From: a virus
Reading direction: 5' to 3' (one strand)
IMG/VR virus record: IMGVR_UViG_3300029959_000004
Coordinates: 45,386 to 109,385 of that record
Length of the DNA: 64,000 bases
The notes beneath the pieces were generated by a model. The model searched no databases and was not told the DNA's origin. It saw only the letters and a program-made list of their open reading frames with translations. This document shows, piece by piece, positions 37,123 to 46,399 of this stretch (its first letter is position 1; every line of letters begins with the position of its first letter). The translations under genes were made by a program, and so were the position numbers.

Positions 37123-40100
37123 ATGAGTGTATCTCGTGTGAATGACAATCTACCAGTAACAACTAAAATATCTACATTGTCTGAACAAATACTAGAAATA
37201 TTCGGTTTAGTTCAGCAAGCTAAATTTTCGGAGAATGATGTTTCTCAGTTAACTACAGATTTTGGTTTAGATAGAAAATATCTGAGAAATCAATCTTTAG
37301 GACATACTTTAAGTACTTATACTGGTTGGACTCATCTACACTCAGAAAGTGGTTACTCTTTATGGAAATATTCTCCTACTAACTATAAATACAATTCAGT
37401 TAATGAATTATATTTAGATGACGTAGTGTTAGAAAATAGAGGAGAAGCAAATTCTGAATCAGATACTACTTTTACTTATGTCTATTTAGATGCCGGGTCT
37501 TTATTTATAAATAATACAACTGAAGCTGGTACTGAAGATGGAACTAGTTTTAGTCTAATGAATGATACAAGTGATTATTTATATATGGGTCTTTCTTCAA
37601 CTTTTGCAGGTATTTCTTTTGAGTTTGATACTAGAGGTTCTAACTACACTCTTGAATGTGAGTATTATAATGGAAGTGTTTGGACTAGTTTAGATATATC
37701 GGGAGCAACTTATACTGACGATACTTCTAATTTTGAAAGCGATGGAAGAATTTATTGGACTATTCCTTCTAATTGGGCTATAACTACTATTAATAGTGCT
37801 TCCGCTTACTGGGTTCGTATTTCAACGTCAACAACACCGGTAACTACAGCTACGTCTTATATAATTACTCCAGCTAATTCGGTTATTTCTTTATTGAAAA
37901 TGTCTAGCGAAGAGATTTTAAATGAAGATTGGGCGTGGTGTAGTTATGGTTCTTCTATATATGTAACTATAAGAAATGCCGGTCAGTCTGCTTATGAAGG
38001 AAACTATTATATAACTTCTTCTAGTACATCTGTAAATAAACAGAATTATTTTATACACAATCACGAATTTTTAGCGGATTATGAAGATTCTACTTATGTA
38101 CAAACTGATTTAATAACTAATCTTGATGATTTAAGTGATGTTGTAGTAAATTCAGGATTAATAGATTGGCAGTTTTTAGTTTGGGACGCAGGAGATGCTG
38201 TTTGGACTAACAAAACTTTAAATTTAGATGATTTAAATAACGTAGCTGTTGATAGTGGTTTAACTAACGGAGAAGTACTAACTTGGGACTCTGGAGATCA
38301 AGTTTGGAGAAATGCTACTATATCAGAGACTATGACACATTCTGGTTTATCAGATATGCCAGACATCGGTGGGACTAATTCAGATCATGACGCAAGATAT
38401 TATACAGAAGCAGAGATAACTTCTTTGTTAGCCGGTAAACAGAATCTCGATTCTGGTTTAACATCTCTTGCGGGATTAACTTATACAGCAACGGCCTTTG
38501 TAAAATATACTGGAGCAGATACTTTTACTTTAGATACAAATGCTTATTCTTTAACTAGTCATACACACTCTATTACTAATTTAACTGATGTACAAATATC
38601 AGGACAAACTACTAATCAGGTACTTGCTTGGAATGGTTCTAATTGGGTTAATAGTAATTTAGCTATAGAAATAACATCTTTAGATAATTTGAGCGACGTA
38701 AGAGTTGATTCTGGATTAGCTTACGGACAAGGGTTAGTATGGGATTCTGGAGATTCCATATGGAGAAATCAAGAAGTTTTATTATTAGATCAATCTACCG
38801 TTCAAACAGTTATCGGTACTCCTATATTTTCAGACATTAAAATATCCGGGATGTCTTTAGGAACTTCAACGTATTCTACCATAAAAGATTTTGCTAACTC
38901 ATTTGGATCAGCAGGTAGAAAGACAGGAGGAGTTATAAGTGACGCTGGAAGTGGTTATGTAGCAGTTACTACAGGAACGGGATTTATTAAAGCCACTGAT
39001 GATGATAATACAAATATTTTATTCTTTGATTGGCCGTCTCCGTCAAATATTCAAATACCTTCCTTCTCTACTCGTTATATCGGTGTAGAATATAATTTAG
39101 GAACTCCTCAAGTAGTCGTAAGAAGTAGTTTCAACTGGAATTTAGACAGTGAATTTCCTCTGGGTAGAGTTATTAATGAAAATATTAACGGGTCTGATAA
39201 ATTGTATGTTTATAATTCTCCTTGGTGGGTAACTGATGGAATGACAAATACTATAGAAGTTATACGTAGTTTTGGATTACTTCGAAGAGATGAATCATTA
39301 GGAGGATTAACGCTATCTGTTACTGGAACAAGAAATATTTCAGTAACAGCGGGAACAGTTTGGAGTGCATTAAATGAATTTAATTTTAGTGGAATAGATA
39401 CTTCTGTTTCTGGAACCGTAGAAGCTTATTGGTATAAGTCGGGAACGGGTTGGCAGAGTTCTGATGTTAGTCAATATTCAGTTACTCAGTGGAATGATGT
39501 GTCTCAGACAACTTTGCAAACTATTGATGCTAACAAATACTGTAACGTTTGGGTATATGTGGAACTTGATGCAAATACTCCAAAAGTAGCTATTATTTAT
39601 CCACAAGCACAATATAATACTCCTGCGTCTGCTGAAGCAACCTCCGCTCCCTCAAATCTTCCTACTCATATCAGTAATGTAGGTATTTTATTGGGAAGAA
39701 TAATTATAAAACAATCAGTAGATGCTCCTGTAGCAACTCAGACAGCTTTTACTACTACATTTTCAGCGAGCGTAGTAACTGATCATGGTAATCTTTCTGG
39801 TCTTGCTGATGACGATCACACTCAATATTTATTAGTTGACGGAACAAGAGCTTTAAGTGGCAATATTAGTGTTGGTGGTTATGCTATTTCAAATGTAAAA
39901 TTAGGAAGTTTAACTTCAAATGGATTTGTAAAAACTTCTGGAGAAGATGGAACTCTTTCAGTTGACACTAATACTTACTCTATTTCCGCACATACTCATA
40001 CTTTAGATAATTTATCTGATGTTATGGTATCTAGTGGATTAATTGACGGTCAAATACTTACTTGGGATTCTGGAGATTCAATGTGGCGTAATATAACTCC

Positions 40101-41193
40101 AGTGGCTGGAGTAACTAATCACGCTCTCTTATCAAATTTAGACTACGCTTCATCGGGTCATACAGGTTTTCAACCGACAGGTAGTTATTTAACTGATTTA
40201 TCTGGTTTAGATACAGATGATTTATCTCAGGGTGCTACAAATAAATATGATCAAACTGTTGTTTTAACTGAAGGATCAAATATAACAATAACTGGAACTT
40301 ATCCAAACTTCACTATAAACGCAACTAGCGGAGTAACTACTTTAGATAGTCTATCAGACGTAATGGTAAGTTCTGGTTTAACTAATGGACAAGTGTTGAC
40401 GTGGGACTCTGGAGACTCTATATGGAGAAATATGACTTCTCCCGCTGGAGTAACAAGTCATCCTTTGTTAACAGAACTTGATTATGCTTCCTCTGGACAT
40501 ACTGGATTTCAATCATCTTTAGTTAATTCTGCTGGGCTTTCCACTGCTATAGGTGGTGATGTTGCTGTTGTAGATGGAGGAACTGGTAAATCTTCTTGGA
40601 CTCAATATTTAATTCCTTATGCTGATACCACAACTTCTTTTAGTCAAATAGCTATTGGAACTAGTGGTCAAGTATTAACAAGTAATGGGGTTGGTTCAGC
40701 ACCAACTTTTCAAGACTCTACTGGAGGTGCTTCTTCTCTAGATGAATTAACTGATGTATCTGTAGCTTCCGGTTTAGTTACTGGTCAAGTTCTGACTTGG
40801 GATAGCGCAGACGCTACTTGGAGAAATATTTTACCTATTTATTCTAAATCTTTTGTTATTACTTATCCAACAGCATCTGCGGACAGTCCAATATGGAGAG
40901 TGCCAGAGTCTATAACAATAACTCATATACACGTGTTATGTATAGGAGGAACTAGTATTGAAGGAAGATTGTGGCAATATGATTCTAATGGTTTAAATGG
41001 TTCTTCAATAGATACATCCAGTATTATTGGTTTAGCTGGTCAAAACGTTGATGACGATGGTACAATAGATGACAGTGGTAGTTCCGGTGGATTAATAGTT
41101 GCTGGTAATTATTTAGGATGGAAAACAACAACCGTTACTGGTTCCGTTACGAGAGTAATTGTTACGTTCGATTATACAATGAAAATACTTTAA
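37123..41193 (+). CDS. Long fibre/structural protein with seven LxxLxDV-xSG-...W repeats
   Basis: Seven copies of roughly LDxLSDVxVxSGLxxGQVLTWDSGDxxWRN, plus HGNLSGLADDDHTQY and LDYASSGHTGF fibre motifs. Confidence 0.8.
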   Translation: MSVSRVNDNLPVTTKISTLSEQILEIFGLVQQAKFSENDVSQLTTDFGLDRKYLRNQSLGHTLSTYTGWTHLHSESGYSLWKYSPTNYKYNSVNELYLDDVVLENRGEANSESDTTFTYVYLDAGSLFINNTTEAGTEDGTSFSLMNDTSDYLYMGLSSTFAGISFEFDTRGSNYTLECEYYNGSVWTSLDISGATYTDDTSNFESDGRIYWTIPSNWAITTINSASAYWVRISTSTTPVTTATSYIITPANSVISLLKMSSEEILNEDWAWCSYGSSIYVTIRNAGQSAYEGNYYITSSSTSVNKQNYFIHNHEFLADYEDSTYVQTDLITNLDDLSDVVVNSGLIDWQFLVWDAGDAVWTNKTLNLDDLNNVAVDSGLTNGEVLTWDSGDQVWRNATISETMTHSGLSDMPDIGGTNSDHDARYYTEAEITSLLAGKQNLDSGLTSLAGLTYTATAFVKYTGADTFTLDTNAYSLTSHTHSITNLTDVQISGQTTNQVLAWNGSNWVNSNLAIEITSLDNLSDVRVDSGLAYGQGLVWDSGDSIWRNQEVLLLDQSTVQTVIGTPIFSDIKISGMSLGTSTYSTIKDFANSFGSAGRKTGGVISDAGSGYVAVTTGTGFIKATDDDNTNILFFDWPSPSNIQIPSFSTRYIGVEYNLGTPQVVVRSSFNWNLDSEFPLGRVINENINGSDKLYVYNSPWWVTDGMTNTIEVIRSFGLLRRDESLGGLTLSVTGTRNISVTAGTVWSALNEFNFSGIDTSVSGTVEAYWYKSGTGWQSSDVSQYSVTQWNDVSQTTLQTIDANKYCNVWVYVELDANTPKVAIIYPQAQYNTPASAEATSAPSNLPTHISNVGILLGRIIIKQSVDAPVATQTAFTTTFSASVVTDHGNLSGLADDDHTQYLLVDGTRALSGNISVGGYAISNVKLGSLTSNGFVKTSGEDGTLSVDTNTYSISAHTHTLDNLSDVMVSSGLIDGQILTWDSGDSMWRNITPVAGVTNHALLSNLDYASSGHTGFQPTGSYLTDLSGLDTDDLSQGATNKYDQTVVLTEGSNITITGTYPNFTINATSGVTTLDSLSDVMVSSGLTNGQVLTWDSGDSIWRNMTSPAGVTSHPLLTELDYASSGHTGFQSSLVNSAGLSTAIGGDVAVVDGGTGKSSWTQYLIPYADTTTSFSQIAIGTSGQVLTSNGVGSAPTFQDSTGGASSLDELTDVSVASGLVTGQVLTWDSADATWRNILPIYSKSFVITYPTASADSPIWRVPESITITHIHVLCIGGTSIEGRLWQYDSNGLNGSSIDTSSIIGLAGQNVDDDGTIDDSGSSGGLIVAGNYLGWKTTTVTGSVTRVIVTFDYTMKIL

Positions 41194-41205
41194 GGAGAAA
41201 TATAA

Positions 41206-41793
41206 ATGGCTACTTTAGAAATAGATAAAATGGAATACTCCTCCGACGCCAATGCAAGTGGATTTCAGAAAGGTCATAAACCTTATGGTGGAGCTATTAA
41301 AGGTAGATTAAAAGGACAGATTCCCCATAATAAGGGAACATCTGTTTGGTTGGAATATCAATGCCAAGAATGTAGTAATAGTTTTAAGATTAGAAAGTGT
41401 CATAGTGAGAGAGATAGGGGAAAATATTGTAGTCGTAAATGTTATGTTAAAGCACAAACTATTTATAAACTTTCTCCCACAGAAAGATTTGTTCATCGGT
41501 TTAGACAATTAGAAGAATATGCTGTATGGCGGATGGATTGTTTAAAAAGGGATTGGTTTAAGTGTCAAGAGTGTGCTACCAAAGAGAATTTAGAAGTTCA
41601 TCATATAAAATCATTTACGGAATTAGTTATAGAGTTTTTACAAGAATATAATCAATTTAGTCCAATTGATGATACCGAGATATTATTACGATTAGCTGTT
41701 AATTATAAACCTTTCTGGGATATAAATAATGGAAAAACTTATTGCGAATCGCATCATAAATCATTGAGGAGAATATACAATGGCAACACTTGA
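41206..41793 (+). CDS. HNH homing endonuclease carrying a copy of the neighbour's N-terminus
   Basis: GFQKGH..HNKG, CQEC..YCSRKC, RDWFKCQEC...LEVHHI...NGKTYCESHH. Confidence 0.88.
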   Translation: MATLEIDKMEYSSDANASGFQKGHKPYGGAIKGRLKGQIPHNKGTSVWLEYQCQECSNSFKIRKCHSERDRGKYCSRKCYVKAQTIYKLSPTERFVHRFRQLEEYAVWRMDCLKRDWFKCQECATKENLEVHHIKSFTELVIEFLQEYNQFSPIDDTEILLRLAVNYKPFWDINNGKTYCESHHKSLRRIYNGNT

Positions 41794-43186
41794 GGTGGAT
41801 AATATGGAGTATAGCACTCCAGAACTTGCACAGACGGCGTATGTAACGAATGCTACTTCTGGGGCTACGGGTGGAACAATAACTACCGACGGAAATTATA
41901 CTGTCCATACATTTACTTCCAGCGGAACTTTCACGCCTTTTAACTCTGGAAACGCAGAAATTCTCATTGTAGCTGGTGGCGGTGCTGGTGGAAATAGACA
42001 TGGTGGAGGAGGGGGTGGAGGGGGAGTTATCCATATTCCAGTTGCTACTTTAACTGCTACCGCATATACAGTAACTGTTGGGAATGGTGCCCCTACTAAT
42101 ACTGCTGGGACTGACGCTACGGGACAAAATGGTTCAGATTCTGTATTTTCTGGTGATTCAAAAACAGAAACTGCTTCAGGTGGTGGTGGTGGTGGTGCTT
42201 ACACAGGTCATTCCGCAACCAATGGAGGTGGTGGTGGAGGTGGACGAGGTGAAAGTGGAACTCCACCTGGAGGGAGCGGCGTTCAATCTGTTACTAACGA
42301 TTTTGGTTCTGCTACTGGTTATGCTTATAATGGTGGTATGGGTAATGTTGGCGGCGAAGATGAGAGAATTGGTGGTGGCGGTGGTGGTGCGGGTGGTGCT
42401 GGAACAGGTATTACTGGGACAAAACCAACAGGTGGTGCAGGTCATTTGAATGATATTTCGGGAACAAGTTATTATTATTCAGGTGGTGGTGGAGGTGGTG
42501 TTTGGTCAAGTGCCGTGGTAGCAGGAAATGGTGGAACTGGAGGAGGCGGTGGCGGTGGAAGTGCCAATGCGGGTGGTGCTGGAACAGGTGGAACTGGAGG
42601 TAGTGCAAACGGTTTTAATGGTGATACAAGTGCCAATGGTGGTGCTGGAGGTGTCAATACTGGAGGAGGCGGTGGTGGAAGTGGGCAGGCTAATTATGGT
42701 GGATTTATGGGTAATGGTGGTGCAGGTGGTTCTGGTATTGTAATCATTCGTTATCTAACTTCTTCACAAAGTTATTTAGGCTCTTTTTCCGAATCCACAA
42801 TCAAAACTCAAGGAAGTTATGCGTTAAAGATACAGGCGACGCAGACGTACAGCCTAAATAAGACCTTGATCAAAACATTCTCAAGCAATCAAGACCTGTC
42901 AGGAGTAAACACTCTCAAATTAGATATGCGGGCAAGTAGGACAGGGACTAATGTTAAATTAGGATTGCACGACACAGGCGGAACAACTACTGAAATTACT
43001 CCCACCATAATCACAGCAGATACCTACGAAACAAAGACCTGGGATTTATCAGCAGTAGCGGATAGCGATAAAAATGCTATTGATACTTTTACGATTACGC
43101 CGACAAATGCGGATGCGGCGAATACAATTTATTTAGATAATTTTGAAATAGCTCAAGCGATAGATGTATTTGGTATAATTACTTAG
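41780..43186 (+). CDS. Glycine-rich virion protein with C-terminal carbohydrate-binding-like domain
   Basis: TGGTITTDGNYTVHTFTSSGTF...IVAGGGAGG...GGSGIVIIRY Gly-rich domain; C-terminal jelly-roll ending IYLDNF. Confidence 0.78.
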   Translation: MATLEVDNMEYSTPELAQTAYVTNATSGATGGTITTDGNYTVHTFTSSGTFTPFNSGNAEILIVAGGGAGGNRHGGGGGGGGVIHIPVATLTATAYTVTVGNGAPTNTAGTDATGQNGSDSVFSGDSKTETASGGGGGGAYTGHSATNGGGGGGGRGESGTPPGGSGVQSVTNDFGSATGYAYNGGMGNVGGEDERIGGGGGGAGGAGTGITGTKPTGGAGHLNDISGTSYYYSGGGGGGVWSSAVVAGNGGTGGGGGGGSANAGGAGTGGTGGSANGFNGDTSANGGAGGVNTGGGGGGSGQANYGGFMGNGGAGGSGIVIIRYLTSSQSYLGSFSESTIKTQGSYALKIQATQTYSLNKTLIKTFSSNQDLSGVNTLKLDMRASRTGTNVKLGLHDTGGTTTEITPTIITADTYETKTWDLSAVADSDKNAIDTFTITPTNADAANTIYLDNFEIAQAIDVFGIIT

Positions 43187-43227
43187 TTATTTTCTTTTTT
43201 TACATAGTTTACATTTAGTTTTTATTC

Positions 43228-43869
43228 TCATTTTATTAATCTCTTATATTTTCTAGAGGCGGCGTTATGTTTTATTACAATATTATCACATTTAATATAA
43301 GGTTCTTTCCCGTCTGGGAGAGATGAGATCCAACAGTAATTTAGAGGAAGAGGAAAGATTTTAATAGATTCTTTTCTCTCCTCTAATAACTTTGCTAAAA
43401 CCTTCTGCTCCCACTCTTGTGCCGTTTCTGCACGAACATACCACTCTCTTACAAAATCTCTCATCTTTTCACTATTGCGTATAAACATAGTCCCACTAAG
43501 TACTTCCATTATATGAGAGTTGTTTTTATACCAAAAGTCCCAATTTAGTGTATGGAAAGCTATATCTACATCTTCTGGAATTTCGTTAAACAATTTGGGA
43601 TAGGAGAGAACTTCCGAATCGGCGTCCAAGACGATTATATTATAGGAAGGGAACTTTTCCATAGTTCTTAATATAGAAAGTGGTTTCTGAGCTACATTCT
43701 TTATCCAAGAACCTCTATTCTCAACTACTTCTATGTGATACTTCAATCCCAACTTATCTAAGCTAGGTAGCAGTTGTGTGGAAAGTATTAGTTCATAGGG
43801 GCTGTTTTCCGAAACAAATGCACTTACTATACAATTATCTATTTTTATATTTCCTTGTTCAAATATCAT
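43228..43869 (-). CDS. GT-A glycosyltransferase (nucleotide-diphospho-sugar transferase, GT77-like)
   Basis: KPLSI...VLDADS (DxD)...LSGTMFI...WEQ...IKHNAASR. Confidence 0.8.
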   Translation of the reverse strand: MIFEQGNIKIDNCIVSAFVSENSPYELILSTQLLPSLDKLGLKYHIEVVENRGSWIKNVAQKPLSILRTMEKFPSYNIIVLDADSEVLSYPKLFNEIPEDVDIAFHTLNWDFWYKNNSHIMEVLSGTMFIRNSEKMRDFVREWYVRAETAQEWEQKVLAKLLEERKESIKIFPLPLNYCWISSLPDGKEPYIKCDNIVIKHNAASRKYKRLIK

Positions 43870-43873
43870 TTTA

Positions 43874-44605
43874 TTACCAAACTCCTCTTTGCGACTGTGT
43901 TTCGGTTAATATATTTTCTTTAGAAAATGGTTCAAAATTATCTAATCTCTTATTTTGAATTATTCCTTCTTTTATCCAACTTCCTTCTAATATTTTTCTA
44001 TCTTCCTTATAGAATCCACTTCTAAATACAGTATCAGTGTGAGCTTCTTTATGATTGACTATTACAGGTACGGGTGCTATTTCTAACTGTCCTCCTGCTT
44101 CATATGCTCTCATAACTACATCGTTCTCAGATTGACCACATATAAATCTTCTGTCATATCCTCCAAGCTCATTAAAAAACTCTCTATTCATTACTCCAAA
44201 AGGAGCCATTCTAGGAGCATTGGGATCTTTACCTCTAAGTCTATGAAACTCAGTTATGTCTCTACCGTCTTCTACAGTTCTAAAAGCTACTACTAGTTTT
44301 CTATTATTAAACATCTTAAAGAACTCATATACTCTATCCAAAGCGTTGGGAGGGTAAATGGCGTCATCGGCACTCCAATTTATGAGCTCTCCTTTAGCTT
44401 CGTTAAAAGCTATTTGATAGCACTGGCTAGGCTTAGTTTTTGAGGAAATATACTTAAAGTTATTCGGTAACTGTACTAAAGGAGGATTGGGACCTACATA
44501 TATTAACTCCCACTTCAAATCATTCTGTTTTAAAGAGTTATATGTAGCTTCCCATTGTTTTGGCCTCAGAGCACTCGCACAAATTGAGATCCGTATGTCA
44601 CTCAT
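43874..44605 (-). CDS. GT2-like glycosyltransferase
   Basis: AKGELINWSADD, GGYDRRF, SENDV. Confidence 0.85.
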   Translation of the reverse strand: MSDIRISICASALRPKQWEATYNSLKQNDLKWELIYVGPNPPLVQLPNNFKYISSKTKPSQCYQIAFNEAKGELINWSADDAIYPPNALDRVYEFFKMFNNRKLVVAFRTVEDGRDITEFHRLRGKDPNAPRMAPFGVMNREFFNELGGYDRRFICGQSENDVVMRAYEAGGQLEIAPVPVIVNHKEAHTDTVFRSGFYKEDRKILEGSWIKEGIIQNKRLDNFEPFSKENILTETQSQRGVW

Positions 44606-44805
44606 TTATCTCTCCTCGATTTAGTCTTAAACTTAAATTCTTCCTTTTTATATCCCTCTTTTACTCTATCTATTTTACAATCTCTTTTAATGTGCTCTAT
44701 ACTCTCTTCTTTCTTGATGTTTTTAAGTCTTTTTTCGAGTTTTCTAGTCTTGTTTCTTATTCTTATAGCACTGGTGTATTTCGAGTTACTCTTTTTAGCT
44801 TTCAT
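44602..44805 (-). CDS. Small basic hypothetical protein
   Basis: ORF with SD AAGGAG. Confidence 0.5.
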   Translation of the reverse strand: MKAKKSNSKYTSAIRIRNKTRKLEKRLKNIKKEESIEHIKRDCKIDRVKEGYKKEEFKFKTKSRRDK

Positions 44806-44936
44806 TCAAATCTCCTTGTTTGTTAAAATATAGCTGTTTTTTGAGTTTTGGCTCTTCAAAATTCAACGATCTGAGCTCTAAAATTAAAAAGCGTATATAT
44901 CTACTTCTATATGTAGATCGTGTCTTAAAACGCTTC

Positions 44937-45755
44937 TTATGAACTAGTTGAGCAACCGTAAAAGTCACATTTTGAACACAAAACACTAGAATTTCTGTTT
45001 CCTTTTATGTGTTCTTTGAGTAAATCTAATCTTTTATTACTATTCCAAGCTTCTTCTAATGTCATATCTTTAATATTACCGAGTTTATTTATTTTAGTTG
45101 GATCAAATCTTACACAAGGAAATATATCACCGAATCTATCTATAACTAAATGTGTATATAAATCTTGACAAAAACCAACTTCTGGGATTGTTACTTTCTT
45201 AGTGTAACCAAAACTTCCTTCGGGTTTATGAAGTATTCTTGTAGCTATAATACAATTGTGAACTTTTGCTAATGTTTCCCACTTTTCCTTGTTTTCTACA
45301 TTACCCAATAATCTAAATATAACAAGTGGAGATTTTTGGAAATCTTTATTCATTAAAAATTCAAAAACTGTTGTAAGTTGTTTATCTCCTTCAGGATCAT
45401 TTTCTATCACTGAAATAGTTAACGTATTTAAATTTTCTTTTATAGCTTCTCTAATTTCTGTTCTTGCTAATAGTTTACCATTAGTATTTAAACATTTTAT
45501 ATTATTTGGAAATAACTTCAAAGCATCTGAGAATCTAGGATAGAGTAACGGTTCTCCATTACTATGAAATTGAATAATGATTTCTTTAGGGATTTGTATA
45601 GTTATTTTCTCCAACAATTCGAAATCCATATATCCAAAATTACAAAGTTCAGGATGCTCTTTTTCTAAACGTCTACGACCGCACATCCAACAGCTTTTAT
45701 TACATTCAGAACTGATTTCTATATTCACTACACTTAATCCATTTAGATTACTCAT
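44937..45755 (-). CDS. Radical SAM protein with SPASM/twitch domain
   Basis: CNKSCWMC, GEPLL, C-terminal C..GDIFPC..C..C. Confidence 0.9.
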   Translation of the reverse strand: MSNLNGLSVVNIEISSECNKSCWMCGRRRLEKEHPELCNFGYMDFELLEKITIQIPKEIIIQFHSNGEPLLYPRFSDALKLFPNNIKCLNTNGKLLARTEIREAIKENLNTLTISVIENDPEGDKQLTTVFEFLMNKDFQKSPLVIFRLLGNVENKEKWETLAKVHNCIIATRILHKPEGSFGYTKKVTIPEVGFCQDLYTHLVIDRFGDIFPCVRFDPTKINKLGNIKDMTLEEAWNSNKRLDLLKEHIKGNRNSSVLCSKCDFYGCSTSS

Positions 45756-46006
45756 TTTCTTATCGCTTTCTTGTAGTATTCGCTATTCTTAGAAACTCTT
45801 TGTTTACCGTCTTTTTGCATATTCCAAACGTTCATTATTTCGTCTTTCTTAGGTTCTAAGAACTCTTCAAGTTCTGTTAAATCTTTAGTTTTCATACTAC
45901 TTTTCACTTTGTGTCTTAGTATTCTGTTTAATATTCTTTTGTCTAACTTTTCGCTTTTTGCTGTTGTAAATCCAACTATCGGGGTCTTTTTTCTGCTTCG
46001 ACTCAT
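45752..46006 (-). CDS. Small basic protein (MSRSRKKTP type)
   Basis: SD GGAGG; ATGA-coupled to the radical SAM gene. Confidence 0.65.
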   Translation of the reverse strand: MSRSRKKTPIVGFTTAKSEKLDKRILNRILRHKVKSSMKTKDLTELEEFLEPKKDEIMNVWNMQKDGKQRVSKNSEYYKKAIRK

Positions 46007-46397
46007 TTAATTCCTCCACTATTTCACACATGTTTTTATCGTAATCTTTACAAAACATTACTTTGTGTGTTTTAGTCTTATCTGTTTTTATAGGAGAACA
46101 AACAATCTCATATTCAACTAACTTATTTCTTATATACTGCACATTGTCTACAGTAAAAGCTATGTGATTGAAAGACTCTGTAGAGTTATTAGGCATCCAA
46201 TATAGTTCTAACATGTCTCCGTTGTCAGTTCTTAATTTTACCCAAGTTAAAACCTTTAACCCTAAAAGAGACTCTATATAATCTCCCTCTTCTCTGCCAG
46301 TACTGTCGTATTTCAACCCCAATAGTTTCTGATAGAAGAAGTTGGCTTTTTCTAAATTGTTTACACAGATAGCACTATGACGTATATTTTTAGGCAT
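45897..46397 (-). CDS. VOC/glyoxalase-family protein
   Basis: HSAICVNNLEKANFFY..LLGL, LEL, HIAFTV, FCKDYD.N.CEIVE. Confidence 0.85.
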   Translation of the reverse strand: MPKNIRHSAICVNNLEKANFFYQKLLGLKYDSTGREEGDYIESLLGLKVLTWVKLRTDNGDMLELYWMPNNSTESFNHIAFTVDNVQYIRNKLVEYEIVCSPIKTDKTKTHKVMFCKDYDKNMCEIVEELNESKQKKDPDSWIYNSKKRKVRQKNIKQNTKTQSEK

Positions 46398-46399
46398 AT

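Noticed and set aside
38110-40830. CRISPR array or DGR template/variable repeats
   Set aside because: The repeats are in-frame protein repeats with synonymous divergence, not identical spaced repeats or adenine-specific variants; no cas or reverse transcriptase gene is seen.
41254-41830. Intron or ribosomal hop skipping the HNH (matching GCA codons)
   Set aside because: The gap is about 570 nt with no intron structure, and the downstream gene has its own SD and full N-terminus.
42078-42743. Alternative-frame and antisense ORFs over the Gly-rich gene, and similar shadow ORFs elsewhere in the track
   Set aside because: By-products of GGT/GGA codon runs or antisense to well-supported genes; no SD or motifs.
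44806-44936. Intergenic stem AAGCGT/ACGCTT with inner ATCTAC/GTAGAT as an ncRNA, and the 44795-44986 ORF
   Set aside because: Short stems with large internal loops, at most a weak terminator; the ORF overlaps the radical SAM gene and has no motif.
45897-46006. 110-nt overlap between the VOC gene and the next small gene as a special dual-coding feature
   Set aside because: The VOC domain ends before the overlap; the tail is low-complexity run-on, likely from a lost stop codon.
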